Shown here: in pieces, positions 1 to 10,019 of the stretch
Numbering within the stretch: the first letter of the stretch is position 1
Layout of the letters: each line of letters opens with the position of its first letter
Source of the DNA: Smithellaceae bacterium
GTDB lineage: Bacteria > Desulfobacterota > Syntrophia > Syntrophales > Smithellaceae
Length of the DNA: 64,000 nucleotides
Assembly: GCA_963667845.2 (NCBI GenBank)
Contig: CAXXVL010000002.1
Span: 1,056,001 to 1,120,000 of the forward strand
Reading direction: 5' to 3'
Made by a program: the position numbers and the translations under genes
Notes under the pieces: generated by a model
What the model saw: the letters and a program-made list of their open reading frames with translations, nothing else
Told to the model about the DNA's origin: nothing
The model's database searches: none

Positions 1-195
1 GGGGCCAAAGTGAAAATAAAGACCCATGTTAAGATTGACGGCATGAAGAATTTTCAGGGCACGCTTGTGGACTTCACGGATGAAGGCTGCGGGAAGGTCG
101 TCCAAGTGGAAGTGTCGGGTAAAATATTCAAAATACCAAAGGACGAAATCGCGAAAGCCAATCTGGTCGATGACGAAACGGTGATCTTAGAATGA
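1..195 (+). CDS. rimP: Ribosome maturation factor RimP, C-terminal part (truncated by window start)
   Basis: Frame is open from base 1. KVKIKT...IDGMKNFQGTL...IPKDEIAKANLV matches the RimP Sm-like C-terminus; sits immediately upstream of nusA. Confidence 0.9.
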   Translation, partial: GAKVKIKTHVKIDGMKNFQGTLVDFTDEGCGKVVQVEVSGKIFKIPKDEIAKANLVDDETVILE

Positions 196-253
196 AAAAC
201 GCCGACAGGCTGAATGTGATACAGCCCGAGATGAAAAAGGGAGGAATTTGTAA

Positions 254-1516
254 ATGTTGCAAGAACTTAAACGTCTGATCGAGCAGATGGGTAAGGACAG
301 GGGTATCGACAAGCAGATCATTACAGAAGCCCTCGAAGCCGCCATGCTGACTGCAGCGCGCAAAAAGCTGGGGGCTAATGTGGACATCGAAGCCCATTAT
401 AATGATGACGCCGGAGAAATTGAAGTGTTTCAATTCAAGACGGTTGTGGATAAAGTGCTCGACCCTGAAACACAAATTGCCAAAGAAGAGGCCAGGAAGA
501 CCCTTGACGAAGGCGCAGAGCCGGGCGACTCTCTGGGCATGAAAATAGAGACCAGTTCTTTTGGCCGCATCGCCGTGCAGATGGCCAAACAAATCATTAT
601 TCAGCGGGTTAAAGACGCCGAACGCGACAATATCTACGATGAATACAAGGACCGCAAGGGTGAGCTGATCAATGGCTTTGTCCAGCGGTTTGAAGGTGGC
701 AACATCATCGTAAACCTGGGAAGGGCCGAAGGTGTGGTGCCCCCTGCGGAGCAGATTCATCGTGAAACTTACAAACGCGGGGAACGCATCCGGACCTATC
801 TGTTTGAAGTGAAAAAGAATACAAAGGGTGCGCAGATTATTCTGTCACGTACCCATCCTGCTTTCCTGAAAGCGCTTTTTGAAGTGGAAGTACCCGAGAT
901 CTCCGAAGGTCTCATTGACATCGTCAGCGTTGCCCGCGAGCCGGGTAAGCGCGGGAAAATAGCGGTGAGAGCCAAGGACAAGGACATCGATCCGGTAGGC
1001 GCCTGCGTGGGGATGCGCGGGACGCGCGTGCAAAGCGTCGTACAGGAGTTGCGCGGCGAAAAAATCGATATTATTCCTTATACGGAAGATGCAGCCAAAT
1101 ATGTTTCCAGTGCTTTATCTCCCGCCAAGGTGAACCGCGTTTTTGTCGACGAAGAAAATCGGGCAATGACCGTGATTGTGCCGGATGACCAGCTGTCTCT
1201 GGCCATAGGGAAAAATGGTCAGAACGTTCGTCTGGCGGTTAAACTGACGGGTTGGAAAATTGACGTGAAGAGTGAAACCATGGCCGCAGAGAAAGACGAT
1301 GATGGGCAGAAGGCTTTAACGAAGATCACCGGCATCGGACCGGCGATGGCGGAAAAGCTGTTTGCCGAGGGCATCAAGAGTATCGCGATGCTGGCTGCGA
1401 TGGAGCCTCAGTCGCTTTCTGAAATTCCCGGTGTAGGTGAAAAAACGAGTAAAGAATGGATTGAAGAAGCTATCAGGATATTGGATGAAGAAACAAGTGA
1501 TACGAAAAAAGCGTAA
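254..1516 (+). CDS. nusA: Transcription termination/antitermination factor NusA
   Basis: FGRIAVQMAKQII, S1 domain, AREPGKRGKIAV, DPVGACVGMRG, LSLAIGKNGQNVRLA; C-terminal HhH region; GGGAGG SD. Confidence 0.99.
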   Translation: MLQELKRLIEQMGKDRGIDKQIITEALEAAMLTAARKKLGANVDIEAHYNDDAGEIEVFQFKTVVDKVLDPETQIAKEEARKTLDEGAEPGDSLGMKIETSSFGRIAVQMAKQIIIQRVKDAERDNIYDEYKDRKGELINGFVQRFEGGNIIVNLGRAEGVVPPAEQIHRETYKRGERIRTYLFEVKKNTKGAQIILSRTHPAFLKALFEVEVPEISEGLIDIVSVAREPGKRGKIAVRAKDKDIDPVGACVGMRGTRVQSVVQELRGEKIDIIPYTEDAAKYVSSALSPAKVNRVFVDEENRAMTVIVPDDQLSLAIGKNGQNVRLAVKLTGWKIDVKSETMAAEKDDDGQKALTKITGIGPAMAEKLFAEGIKSIAMLAAMEPQSLSEIPGVGEKTSKEWIEEAIRILDEETSDTKKA

Positions 1517-1559
1517 TTTTTTTCAAGAACCCAATACTTAACGTGAGGGAGTTTCGGGA

Positions 1560-4214
1560 ATGTCGAAAAAGCGAGTTCACGAGTTGGCCAAGGAGCTTGG
1601 TCTGGAGAATAAGGATCTGATTGCTCATCTGGAAAGATTAGGCATCACCGTCAAATCCCATGCCAGTACTTTGGAGGATGGCGAGATCGAGAGAGTCAAA
1701 GAGGACTTGCAGGCCACATCGCCGCGGCAAATTGTGGAGGAAAGAATAAAAACCACGGTTATTCGCCGCCGGGCGGTGCGCGCGGCGGTTGAGGCCGTCC
1801 CGGCTGAAGAAGCTCCCGAAGAGAAAGAAGCGAAACCTGAAACGGAAAAGGTTGCTCCTCCGGTGCTTCCGCCAAAGGAGCCGGTTTCTGCTGCAGCAGA
1901 AATACCCGAGGTAAAGAAAGCAAAGGATGAGATGCCGGTCTCGCCGTCGGTTGTGCCCGGCGCCCAGGTCAAAAAAGAAGACGTTCACGTCAAAGGGGAG
2001 ACGAAACCGCCTGTCGCAGAGGTTACCGCCCCGTCCGCTGAACACGGCACGGTGGCTAAAACTGCGCAATCGGCGCCCCTGGCCCCTCCGGAAAAACCGA
2101 AGCAGCCGCCGATCATTCTTCCGGTCAGACCGCCGATGATGTCCAGGCATAAAATTATCAAGACGGAAGAGAAGAAGGAAAGCCAGCCTAAAACTCCTGT
2201 GAAACCGGGCGAACGAATTACCCCTCCACCGGAAAAAATAATCAAAAGAGAATTCGAAAAACCCAAGAAGAAAGGCAAAGGGCCTGTAGAAGTTTTTATT
2301 GAAGAAGAAAAAGAAGCTCCGCGCCGCAAGGTCTTGGAAAAGAAAATCGAAAAGAAGTTGAAGAAAGTCGATGAAGACCACGAAGTGGTATTCAGCAAAT
2401 GGCGCGAAGAGAAAAAGGCCGCCCCCATCAAAATGAGGAAAACCGAGATTACGGTGCCGAAGGCCATAAAACGGCGTATTCGCGTGGGGGAAACGATCAC
2501 CACGGGTGAACTGGCCAAAAGAATGGGCGTCAAAGTTGGTGACGTTATCAACAAATTGATGGGCATGGGCGTCATGGCTACGATCAACCAGTCAATCGAT
2601 TTTGATATTGCGTCGCTCGTTGCCTCGGAATTCAGCTTCCAGATAGAAAAGGCGGAATCGGAATTTGAGGAAACGCTGCTGAAGCCGGAAACCTCTGAAG
2701 AAAATCTTAAGCCGCGCGCTCCGATAGTCACGATTATGGGCCACGTGGATCACGGTAAAACCTCGCTTCTGGATGCGATTCGCCAGACGAATGTCATCGA
2801 TGGCGAGGCCGGCGGAATCACGCAGGCCATCGGCGCTTATCATGTGCATATCAACGGCCGCGACATTGTCTTTCTGGATACGCCTGGCCACGAAGCCTTT
2901 ACCGCTATGCGGGCACGTGGTGCCCAGGTCACGGATATTGTGGTCCTGGTGGTAGCCGCCGACGACGGCGTCATGGATCAAACCATTGAAGCCATCAATC
3001 ACTCCAAGGTTGCCGGTGTGCCGATCATCGTGGCCATCAATAAAATTGACAAGCCGGGCGCTGATCCTGAAAAAATCAAGCAGGCGCTCACCGAACACGG
3101 GCTTTTGTCCGAGCAATGGGGTGGCGACACGATATTTACCGAGGTATCCGCGAAGAAGAAAATCGGCATCGAGGAATTGCTGGAAATGATCCTGCTGCAG
3201 GCGGATGTTCTGGAGCTCAAGGCCAACCCCGATCAACCCGCACGAGGCATTATCATCGAGGCCAAACTGGATCGCGGCCGCGGCCCGGTGGCCACCGTTT
3301 TGATTCAGCAGGGAACGCTACACGAAGGAGATGCGTTTGTTTCTAAAACAGAGTCCGGCCGTGTTCGGGCCATGATCGACGATCAGGGACATCGCGTGAA
3401 AGAAGCCGGACCCGCCATGCCGGTCGAAGTTATCGGATTTTCCAGCGTGCCCCAGACGGGCGCGGAATTCGTTTGCGTGGAGGACGAGAAGAAAGCCCGG
3501 AATATCGCCGACTACTGGATAAGAAAAACACGCGAAAAAGAACTTTCCTCTTCCTCTAAAATTACCCTGGAACAATTGTATCAGAAGATCAAAGAGGGTG
3601 TGAAGGATCTGAATGTCATCATCAAGGCCGACGTGCAGGGTTCTATCGAAGCGATTTCCGATGCCTTGCATAAGCTTTCCACTGAAGATGTTAAGCTCAA
3701 AGCCATTCACAGCTCCACGGGAGCAATCAGTGAAACGGACGTCATGCTGGCGTCGGCATCCAACGCGATCATTATCGGATTTAATGTGCGTCCGGACGCC
3801 CGCGTGAGTGAGCTGGCCCAGCAGGAGGGCGTGGAAATCAAGCTTTACGACATTATCTATAACGTCATTGCCGATGTGCGTGCGGCGATGGAAGGCCTTC
3901 TGGAGCCGGAATACAAAGAAGTCGTTCAGGGACGCGCCGAAGTCCGCGAGCTCTTTAAAGTACCGAAGGTCGGCGTCATCGCCGGGTGCCACGTCACAGA
4001 TGGTAAAATCACCCGGACGGCGAACATCAAACTGGTACGGGACAGTGTCGTTGTTTTTGACGGCAAGATTCTTTCTCTGAAGCGCTTTAAAGACGATGCC
4101 CGGGAAGTGCTGGCCGGATTTGACTGCGGCATCGGGATTGAAGGATATAACGATATCCATGTTGGAGACGTGATTGAATCGTATATTATGGAGACGTTGG
4201 AAAGAAAACTGTAA
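1560..4214 (+). CDS. infB: Translation initiation factor IF-2
   Basis: [12 protein letters not shown]-terminus; [16 protein letters not shown] and NKIDK GTPase motifs; [13 protein letters not shown]-terminus. Confidence 0.99.
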   Translation: MSKKRVHELAKELGLENKDLIAHLERLGITVKSHASTLEDGEIERVKEDLQATSPRQIVEERIKTTVIRRRAVRAAVEAVPAEEAPEEKEAKPETEKVAPPVLPPKEPVSAAAEIPEVKKAKDEMPVSPSVVPGAQVKKEDVHVKGETKPPVAEVTAPSAEHGTVAKTAQSAPLAPPEKPKQPPIILPVRPPMMSRHKIIKTEEKKESQPKTPVKPGERITPPPEKIIKREFEKPKKKGKGPVEVFIEEEKEAPRRKVLEKKIEKKLKKVDEDHEVVFSKWREEKKAAPIKMRKTEITVPKAIKRRIRVGETITTGELAKRMGVKVGDVINKLMGMGVMATINQSIDFDIASLVASEFSFQIEKAESEFEETLLKPETSEENLKPRAPIVTIMGHVDHGKTSLLDAIRQTNVIDGEAGGITQAIGAYHVHINGRDIVFLDTPGHEAFTAMRARGAQVTDIVVLVVAADDGVMDQTIEAINHSKVAGVPIIVAINKIDKPGADPEKIKQALTEHGLLSEQWGGDTIFTEVSAKKKIGIEELLEMILLQADVLELKANPDQPARGIIIEAKLDRGRGPVATVLIQQGTLHEGDAFVSKTESGRVRAMIDDQGHRVKEAGPAMPVEVIGFSSVPQTGAEFVCVEDEKKARNIADYWIRKTREKELSSSSKITLEQLYQKIKEGVKDLNVIIKADVQGSIEAISDALHKLSTEDVKLKAIHSSTGAISETDVMLASASNAIIIGFNVRPDARVSELAQQEGVEIKLYDIIYNVIADVRAAMEGLLEPEYKEVVQGRAEVRELFKVPKVGVIAGCHVTDGKITRTANIKLVRDSVVVFDGKILSLKRFKDDAREVLAGFDCGIGIEGYNDIHVGDVIESYIMETLERKL

Positions 4215-4237
4215 AGCGCATCTACAGAGAGATAATT

Positions 4238-4576
4238 ATGGTCATCGGTTACGGTATCATTCAATTGCGGATTCCGGAATCCGGTTCTTTGAAGGAAAAA
4301 AGAAGCGTTTTGAATAAAATCTTAAAACGCGCTCAAAATGAGTTTAACATTTCCATCGCCCAGGTAGGCGACCTGGATCGACATCAGTACGCGCAGATCG
4401 GGTTTGCACTGGTTGGCAATGAGTCCCGGTACATCAATGGCAAGGTCGACCATCTTCTCCGGTTTATCGATGATCTCCATGCGGCTGAAGTATTAAACTC
4501 GAAAATAGAAATTATGGTGGTTTCAGATTTTCTCGAAACGGCCGATTGGGAAACGGGCAAATACGATGAATTTTAA
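4238..4576 (+). CDS. DUF503 (YlxP-like) protein
   Basis: SLKEKRSVL...FNISIAQV motif; usual position between infB and rbfA. Confidence 0.9.
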   Translation: MVIGYGIIQLRIPESGSLKEKRSVLNKILKRAQNEFNISIAQVGDLDRHQYAQIGFALVGNESRYINGKVDHLLRFIDDLHAAEVLNSKIEIMVVSDFLETADWETGKYDEF

Positions 4577-4925
4577 ACGGGCGGACAGAGTGGGCGAGCT
4601 GATTATGGCGGAGATGTCCGATATTCTGCTCAAAGTTGTCAAGGACCCCCGTCTGCACAACGTAACGATTACAGCGGTTAAGGTCACGGACGATTTGCGC
4701 AATGCCAGGATTTATTTTGTCGAACTGGGCAAAGACGAATTAAATGCAGAGATCCAGGAAGGCTTGAGCAAAGCCAAGGGGTTTGTGCGCCGGGAACTGG
4801 GTCATCGACTGCAGTTGCGGTTTGTGCCGGACATCCATTTTGTGCACGATAAGTCCTTCGGCTACGGCAACCGCATTGAGAAGTTACTGAACGAGATTGC
4901 CACACAGGAAGAAAAGCATGATTAA
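4566..4925 (+). CDS. rbfA: 30S ribosome-binding factor A
   Basis: RADRVGELI, VKDPRL, VTDDLRNARIY, LRFVPDIHFVHDKS. Confidence 0.98.
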   Translation: MNFKRADRVGELIMAEMSDILLKVVKDPRLHNVTITAVKVTDDLRNARIYFVELGKDELNAEIQEGLSKAKGFVRRELGHRLQLRFVPDIHFVHDKSFGYGNRIEKLLNEIATQEEKHD

Positions 4926-5868
4926 AGAAATACTTGCGGCAATCTCTCAGGGGAAGAAATTTTTAATTACCGCCCACGTCCGGCTGGATGGAGATGCTCT
5001 GGGCTCCGAGCTGGCCCTGTATTTGATGCTGAAAGATTTGGGCAAAGAGGTTGTAATCTGCAACCAGGACCCAACGCCCGCACATTACCGGTTCCTGCCC
5101 GGGGCCGATCACATTGTTCACAACCTGGAACAAGCCGAATATTATGATATCGGCTTTGTTTTGGATAGCTCCGAATTGGAGCGGGTGGGAAAGATAGCCG
5201 CTGATGTTGCCAAAATTAAAACACTCATTAATATTGATCATCATATATCCAATGAAGGATTTTGCCGTTTAAGATTCGTAGACGCGAAGGCCAGTTCCAC
5301 TGGCGAATTGCTTCACCGTCTGATGCGCAAGATGCATGTGAAGATGACGAAGGAAATCTGCACGAATCTGTACGCGGCGATTTTGACCGATACGGGCGGT
5401 TTCCGTTATTCTACCACGCATCAGGAGACCCTGAGGTCAGCGGCCGAACTCGTCGAAGGCGGAGCGGATCCACAATGGATATCGGAAAATATCTATGAAA
5501 GCGATCCGCCGGCCAAGTTACAATTGCTGGCCAGGACTCTGGAAACACTGACGCTGGATATGGAGACGAAGACTGCATCGCTTGTGGTGACGCAAAAGGA
5601 TCTTCTCGATACGGGCGCGACGATGGAACTTACCGATGGCTTCGTAGATATTCCGCGGACGGTTAAAGGGATTAACATTGCGATGCTTTATACGCAGATG
5701 GGCGAAAAACAATTCAAGTTGAGCCTTCGTTCCAAGGGCAAGGTTGATGTGGAAAGAATAGCCAGAAAATTCGGCGGCGGGGGTCATATCAATGCGTCGG
5801 CCTGCCGGGTTGAAGGCGATATCGACGCGATTAAGGCCCGGGTTCTCGAAGTTGTTAAGGAAGGATAG
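4918..5868 (+). CDS. nrnA: DHH-family bifunctional oligoribonuclease/PAP phosphatase
   Basis: DGDALGS, NIDHH, ILTDTGGFRY, SLRS, GGGGHINAS. Start placed at ATG 4918, overlapping the end of rbfA. Confidence 0.93.
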   Translation: MIKEILAAISQGKKFLITAHVRLDGDALGSELALYLMLKDLGKEVVICNQDPTPAHYRFLPGADHIVHNLEQAEYYDIGFVLDSSELERVGKIAADVAKIKTLINIDHHISNEGFCRLRFVDAKASSTGELLHRLMRKMHVKMTKEICTNLYAAILTDTGGFRYSTTHQETLRSAAELVEGGADPQWISENIYESDPPAKLQLLARTLETLTLDMETKTASLVVTQKDLLDTGATMELTDGFVDIPRTVKGINIAMLYTQMGEKQFKLSLRSKGKVDVERIARKFGGGGHINASACRVEGDIDAIKARVLEVVKEG

Positions 5869-5874
5869 GCGTTT

Positions 5875-6816
5875 ATGAATGGTGTTGTGGTGATTGACAA
5901 ACCTTCCGGGCTGACATCCCACGACGTCGTGAGTGAAGTCAAAAAAATTCTGGGAGCCCGAAAAGCGGGACATACGGGAACGCTGGATCCGCTGGCGACA
6001 GGTGTCTTGCCGGTTTGTATTAATGAGGCGACGAAACTGGCGCAGTTTTTGTCTTCGGAGGATAAAACGTATTCGGCGACCATGCTGTTAGGCGTTCGAA
6101 CGGACACGCAAGATACGCAGGGAAAGATAACAGAAACGTCGGATAAAATCGTTTCTGAAGAAGATATTCGGTTGGCGCTCGGGCGGTTAGTGGGCAAATT
6201 GAAGCAGATTCCACCTGCTTTTTCAGCGCTGAAACTCAAGGGTAAGCCCCTGTACAAATATGCGCGAGCGGGAGAGTTTCCTGAAGTGGCGGCGCGGGAT
6301 GTGGAAATATTCAGTTTAAATGTAAAAGACATTACTTTCCCTTGCGTGACGTTCGAAATTTCCTGTTCCAAAGGAACCTATATCCGGACCGTCTGTTCCG
6401 ATATCGGCGATGAACTGGGTTGCGGGGCGTGTTTATCGGGTTTGCGAAGACTGCAAAGCGGCTTCTTTACCGAAGATATGGCGGTGGCCCTGGGAGAGGG
6501 TAATCAAGAGGATAAGAAAAGGATACTTTTGTCCAAAATGCTGCCGATGTCTCAATCGCTGCCGGCGTATACCGCCATTGAAGTCAGTGATGACCTGGTC
6601 GACAAGCTGCGGGCCGGATTTCAGCCTGATGTGGATATGATAAGGCAAAATGTTCTTTCTTTTCTTGCAGCAGGAGATATGGTAAAGTTCGTGAGTTCCG
6701 GTGGCCAGCTGGTGGCGGTCGCCGAAATGCAGGTGTCGGCGGGCGTCATGGACAGACAGGATGGAAAGACGCAGGCGGCCAGGATGCTCAGAGTATTTAA
6801 CAATGCTAAACAGTGA
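5875..6816 (+). CDS. truB: tRNA pseudouridine(55) synthase
   Basis: [34 protein letters not shown]. Confidence 0.98.
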   Translation: MNGVVVIDKPSGLTSHDVVSEVKKILGARKAGHTGTLDPLATGVLPVCINEATKLAQFLSSEDKTYSATMLLGVRTDTQDTQGKITETSDKIVSEEDIRLALGRLVGKLKQIPPAFSALKLKGKPLYKYARAGEFPEVAARDVEIFSLNVKDITFPCVTFEISCSKGTYIRTVCSDIGDELGCGACLSGLRRLQSGFFTEDMAVALGEGNQEDKKRILLSKMLPMSQSLPAYTAIEVSDDLVDKLRAGFQPDVDMIRQNVLSFLAAGDMVKFVSSGGQLVAVAEMQVSAGVMDRQDGKTQAARMLRVFNNAKQ

Positions 6817-6866
6817 ATCCACTAAATGAAAATAAAGGAATTAATTTTGAGAGGGAGGAATTAAGC

Positions 6867-7133
6867 GTGTTAACTTTGGAAAAAAGAAAAACATTAATCG
6901 AGGATTACCGACTTCATGAGAAGGATACCGGCTCGCCGGAAGTACAGATTGCTCTTTTGAGCGCCAGAATTGAATATTTGACTGAGCATTTTAAGGCCCA
7001 TCAGAAAGATCATCATTCCCGGCGCGGTTTGTTGAAGCTTGTCGGTCAGCGAAGAAGATTGCTCAATTACATCAAGCAAGATGATGTGGAGCGTTACAGA
7101 AACATAATCAAACGTCTGGGCCTCAGGAAGTAA
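6867..7133 (+). CDS. rpsO: 30S ribosomal protein S15
   Basis: [35 protein letters not shown] start at 6867 follows a GGGAGG SD. Confidence 0.98.
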   Translation: MLTLEKRKTLIEDYRLHEKDTGSPEVQIALLSARIEYLTEHFKAHQKDHHSRRGLLKLVGQRRRLLNYIKQDDVERYRNIIKRLGLRK

Positions 7134-7141
7134 TAAAAGCT

Positions 7142-7229
7142 ATTCAAGGGCGGAAGGCAAAAGTTTAACCGATTGGACAAGTATTGATTAATACCTGCGT
7201 CAATCGGCTTTTGCGTTTCGCCCTTGAAT
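7142..7229 (+). promoter_or_regulatory. Long stem-loop in the rpsO-pnp intergenic region (probable RNase III processing/autoregulatory leader)
   Basis: ATTCAAGGGCGGA pairs with TTCGCCCTTGAAT; inner GCAAAAG/CTTTTGC, CCGATTG/CAATCGG and GTATT/AATAC. Same position as the known pnp leader hairpin. Confidence 0.7.
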
Positions 7230-7272
7230 TTCCTGTTCCAGGCAATAACCTAAAAAGGTGGAGGAAATTTTA

Positions 7273-9393
7273 ATGAGTGAAGTATTTAGTACAGATTTTG
7301 CGGGGCGTAATTTTTCGCTAAAGACCAATTACGTGGCCGCGCAGGCAGACGGTTCCATGCTGGTTTATTACGGCGATACCGTTGTGCTGGTAACGGTGGT
7401 GTCATTAAAGAGCGTGAGAGAAGGTGTGGATTTTCTGCCGCTCACAGTGGACTATCAGGAAAAGACATTTGCGGCCGGTAAAATTCCCGGCGGCTTTTTT
7501 AAAAGGGAGGGGCGGAACAACGAGCGCGAAGTTTTAACGTCGCGGATCATTGATCGCGCGATTCGTCCCTTGTTTCCCAAGGGATATTATTCGGAAACAC
7601 AAGTCGTGGCCACGGTGCTGTCGGTGGACAAGGAAAACGACTCAGATGTCGCGGCGATGATTGGCGCATCCGCTGCCCTGGAAATGTCCGATGCCCCGTT
7701 TAAGGGACCGATTGCCGGTGTGCGCGTCGGCCGGATCAATGGTGACTTTGTTGCCAATGCTTCGGTGGAAAAGATGCAGGAAAGCGAGATGAACCTTTTC
7801 CTGGTGGGACGTAAAGTCACCCCAGGCAAGTCGGGTCGTCCCTATGATGTTGAACTGGTCATGATGGAAGGCGAGGCCAAGGAAGTTGCGGAAGACATTA
7901 TTGTCGACGCCATCAATTTTGGACTGGAAGCCGTCCGTCCGGTTATTGATCTGCAGGACAAGATGCGAGCGGAGGTTGGCAAAGCCAAGCGACCGGTGGA
8001 AGAAGTGGCGCCGGATGAAGAACTTATCGCGCGGGTGCGCGCCGAAGCTCTGCCCGGTTTGAAAGAAGGTTACAGCATACCCCGTAAATTGGAGCGTTAC
8101 AGTAAACTGGGTGATGTCCGGGAAACCGTGATCAAAAGCATCGGTGGTGATGATGCCGCGTTACGCAAAAAAGTTGCAGCGATTATCGAACATCTGGAAT
8201 CACGCATTTTGCGCGATATGATTATCCAGGAAAAGAAGAGAATCGACGGCCGGTCGTCAACCGATATTCGTCCGATCAGTTCGGAAGTCGGAGTATTGCC
8301 CCGTGCCCACGGTTCGGCCTTGTTTACCCGTGGTGAAACGCAGGCGCTGGCCGTCCTTACATTGGGGACCTCCGCCGATGAACAGCGGATGGACTATATC
8401 GCCGGTGAAGAACGGAGATCTTTCCTGCTGCACTATAATTTCCCGCCTTACAGTGTTGGTGAGGCTAAGCCGTTGCGCAGTCCCGGCAGAAGAGAAATCG
8501 GCCACGGCGCGCTGGCGCGTAAAGCATTGGTTCCCATCCTGCCGTCTCCTGAAACATTTCCCTACACCATCAGGATTGTTTCGGAAATTATGGCGTCTAA
8601 CGGATCATCGTCTATGGCCTCCGTCTGCGGCGGCATTTTGTGTTTAATGGACGGCGGCGTGCCGGTGAAAGACATTGTTGCAGGCATCGCCATGGGGCTT
8701 CTCAAAGAAGGCGAAGAAGTTGTCATTTTATCCGATATCCTTGGTGATGAAGACCATGCCGGCGATATGGACTTCAAAGTCTGCGGCACGGAAAAGGGCG
8801 TTACAGCCATGCAGATGGATATCAAGATCGACGGTCTGACAGAAGATATTTTGCGAAAGGCTCTGGCGCAGGCCAAAGCGGGCCGCCTCCATATCATTGG
8901 TAAAATTCGTGAAACTATGACGGCGCCCCGTGGAGATATTTCACTGTATGCGCCGCGTATTACCACAGTTAAAGTGAAGGAAGATCAGGTTCGCACAGTT
9001 ATCGGTTCCGGCGGCAAGAATATCCGTCAGATTATCAGCGAAACCGGTGTTACCATCGATGTGGAAGATGACGGCACTGTGACCATTGCTTCCGCCGATG
9101 CTGAAGCGGCGGCCCGCGCCGTGGCGATGGTGAAATGGCTGACCGAAGAAGCGGAAGTCGGTAAGATTTACCGCGGCACCGTGAAGAAAATCGTCGATTT
9201 CGGCGCGTTTGTCGAAATTCTTCCCGGGACGGAAGGCCTGCTGCATATCTCGCAAATTGCCAAAGAAAGAATCGCCAAAGTGACCGATGTATTGCAGGAA
9301 GGCGACGAGGTCATGGTGAAGGTGCTGGAAGTCGATAAGCAGGGCAAGATTCGTCTCAGTCGCAAAGAAGCATTGGGCGCTGAAGTAAAGTAG
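7273..9393 (+). CDS. pnp: Polyribonucleotide nucleotidyltransferase (PNPase)
   Basis: FLPLTVDYQEK, RIDGR, HGSALFTRGETQ, SNGSSSMAS, GDMDFKV, then KH and S1 domains. ATG at 7273 follows GGAGG. Confidence 0.99.
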   Translation: MSEVFSTDFAGRNFSLKTNYVAAQADGSMLVYYGDTVVLVTVVSLKSVREGVDFLPLTVDYQEKTFAAGKIPGGFFKREGRNNEREVLTSRIIDRAIRPLFPKGYYSETQVVATVLSVDKENDSDVAAMIGASAALEMSDAPFKGPIAGVRVGRINGDFVANASVEKMQESEMNLFLVGRKVTPGKSGRPYDVELVMMEGEAKEVAEDIIVDAINFGLEAVRPVIDLQDKMRAEVGKAKRPVEEVAPDEELIARVRAEALPGLKEGYSIPRKLERYSKLGDVRETVIKSIGGDDAALRKKVAAIIEHLESRILRDMIIQEKKRIDGRSSTDIRPISSEVGVLPRAHGSALFTRGETQALAVLTLGTSADEQRMDYIAGEERRSFLLHYNFPPYSVGEAKPLRSPGRREIGHGALARKALVPILPSPETFPYTIRIVSEIMASNGSSSMASVCGGILCLMDGGVPVKDIVAGIAMGLLKEGEEVVILSDILGDEDHAGDMDFKVCGTEKGVTAMQMDIKIDGLTEDILRKALAQAKAGRLHIIGKIRETMTAPRGDISLYAPRITTVKVKEDQVRTVIGSGGKNIRQIISETGVTIDVEDDGTVTIASADAEAAARAVAMVKWLTEEAEVGKIYRGTVKKIVDFGAFVEILPGTEGLLHISQIAKERIAKVTDVLQEGDEVMVKVLEVDKQGKIRLSRKEALGAEVK

Positions 9394-9424
9394 TCAATAA
9401 TCTTCAAATAGATCATGTCATGTC

Positions 9425-9454
9425 TGTCGGGGCAAATAATTATTTGCCCCGACA
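9425..9454. repeat. Perfect 30-bp palindrome, REP-like
   Basis: TGTCGGGGCAAATAA|TTATTTGCCCCGACA; resembles GTAG-family REP elements; no U-tract. Confidence 0.65.
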
Positions 9455-9480
9455 AGGGCAGGCGATGATTTTCTGATTTC

Positions 9481-9924
9481 ATGGAAAAAATAAAAGTACA
9501 TATTCAAAAGATGGCTGGAAATGAAGATATTCCCCTGCCGCGATATATGACCGAGCAGGCTGCCGGTATGGACATTTTTGCTGCTGTACCGTCGGATGAA
9601 GTGATCAATCCGGGTGAGCGCAAAAAAATCCCGACCGGTATCGCCATTTCCCTGCCTGACGGTTATGAAGCGCAAATCCGGCCCCGCAGTGGTCTGGCTA
9701 TTCACCAGGGGATTACGCTTTTAAATTCTCCCGGAACGATTGATGCCGATTACCGAGGCGAAATAGCCTTGATTGTCATCAATCACGGTAATACGCGGTT
9801 TGTCGTGCAAAGGGGCATGCGTCTGGCGCAAATGGTCGTTCAGAAGGTCTGTCAGGCACAATGGATCGAATCGTCGAGCTTGGATGAAACGACCAGAGGC
9901 AACGGTGGTTTCGGTCATACTTGA
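9481..9924 (+). CDS. dut: dUTP diphosphatase
   Basis: AAGMD, QIRPRSGLA, NSPGTIDADYRGEI, RGNGGFGHT. Confidence 0.98.
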   Translation: MEKIKVHIQKMAGNEDIPLPRYMTEQAAGMDIFAAVPSDEVINPGERKKIPTGIAISLPDGYEAQIRPRSGLAIHQGITLLNSPGTIDADYRGEIALIVINHGNTRFVVQRGMRLAQMVVQKVCQAQWIESSSLDETTRGNGGFGHT

Positions 9925-10019
9925 TTTTCTTTTTTGCGTTTGGATGTCTTTCTTGATTTTGCATTTGCACTTAAACGGTGATATGGAAAGACAAAATTGC
10001 TCATGGCGAACAAGAGTTC

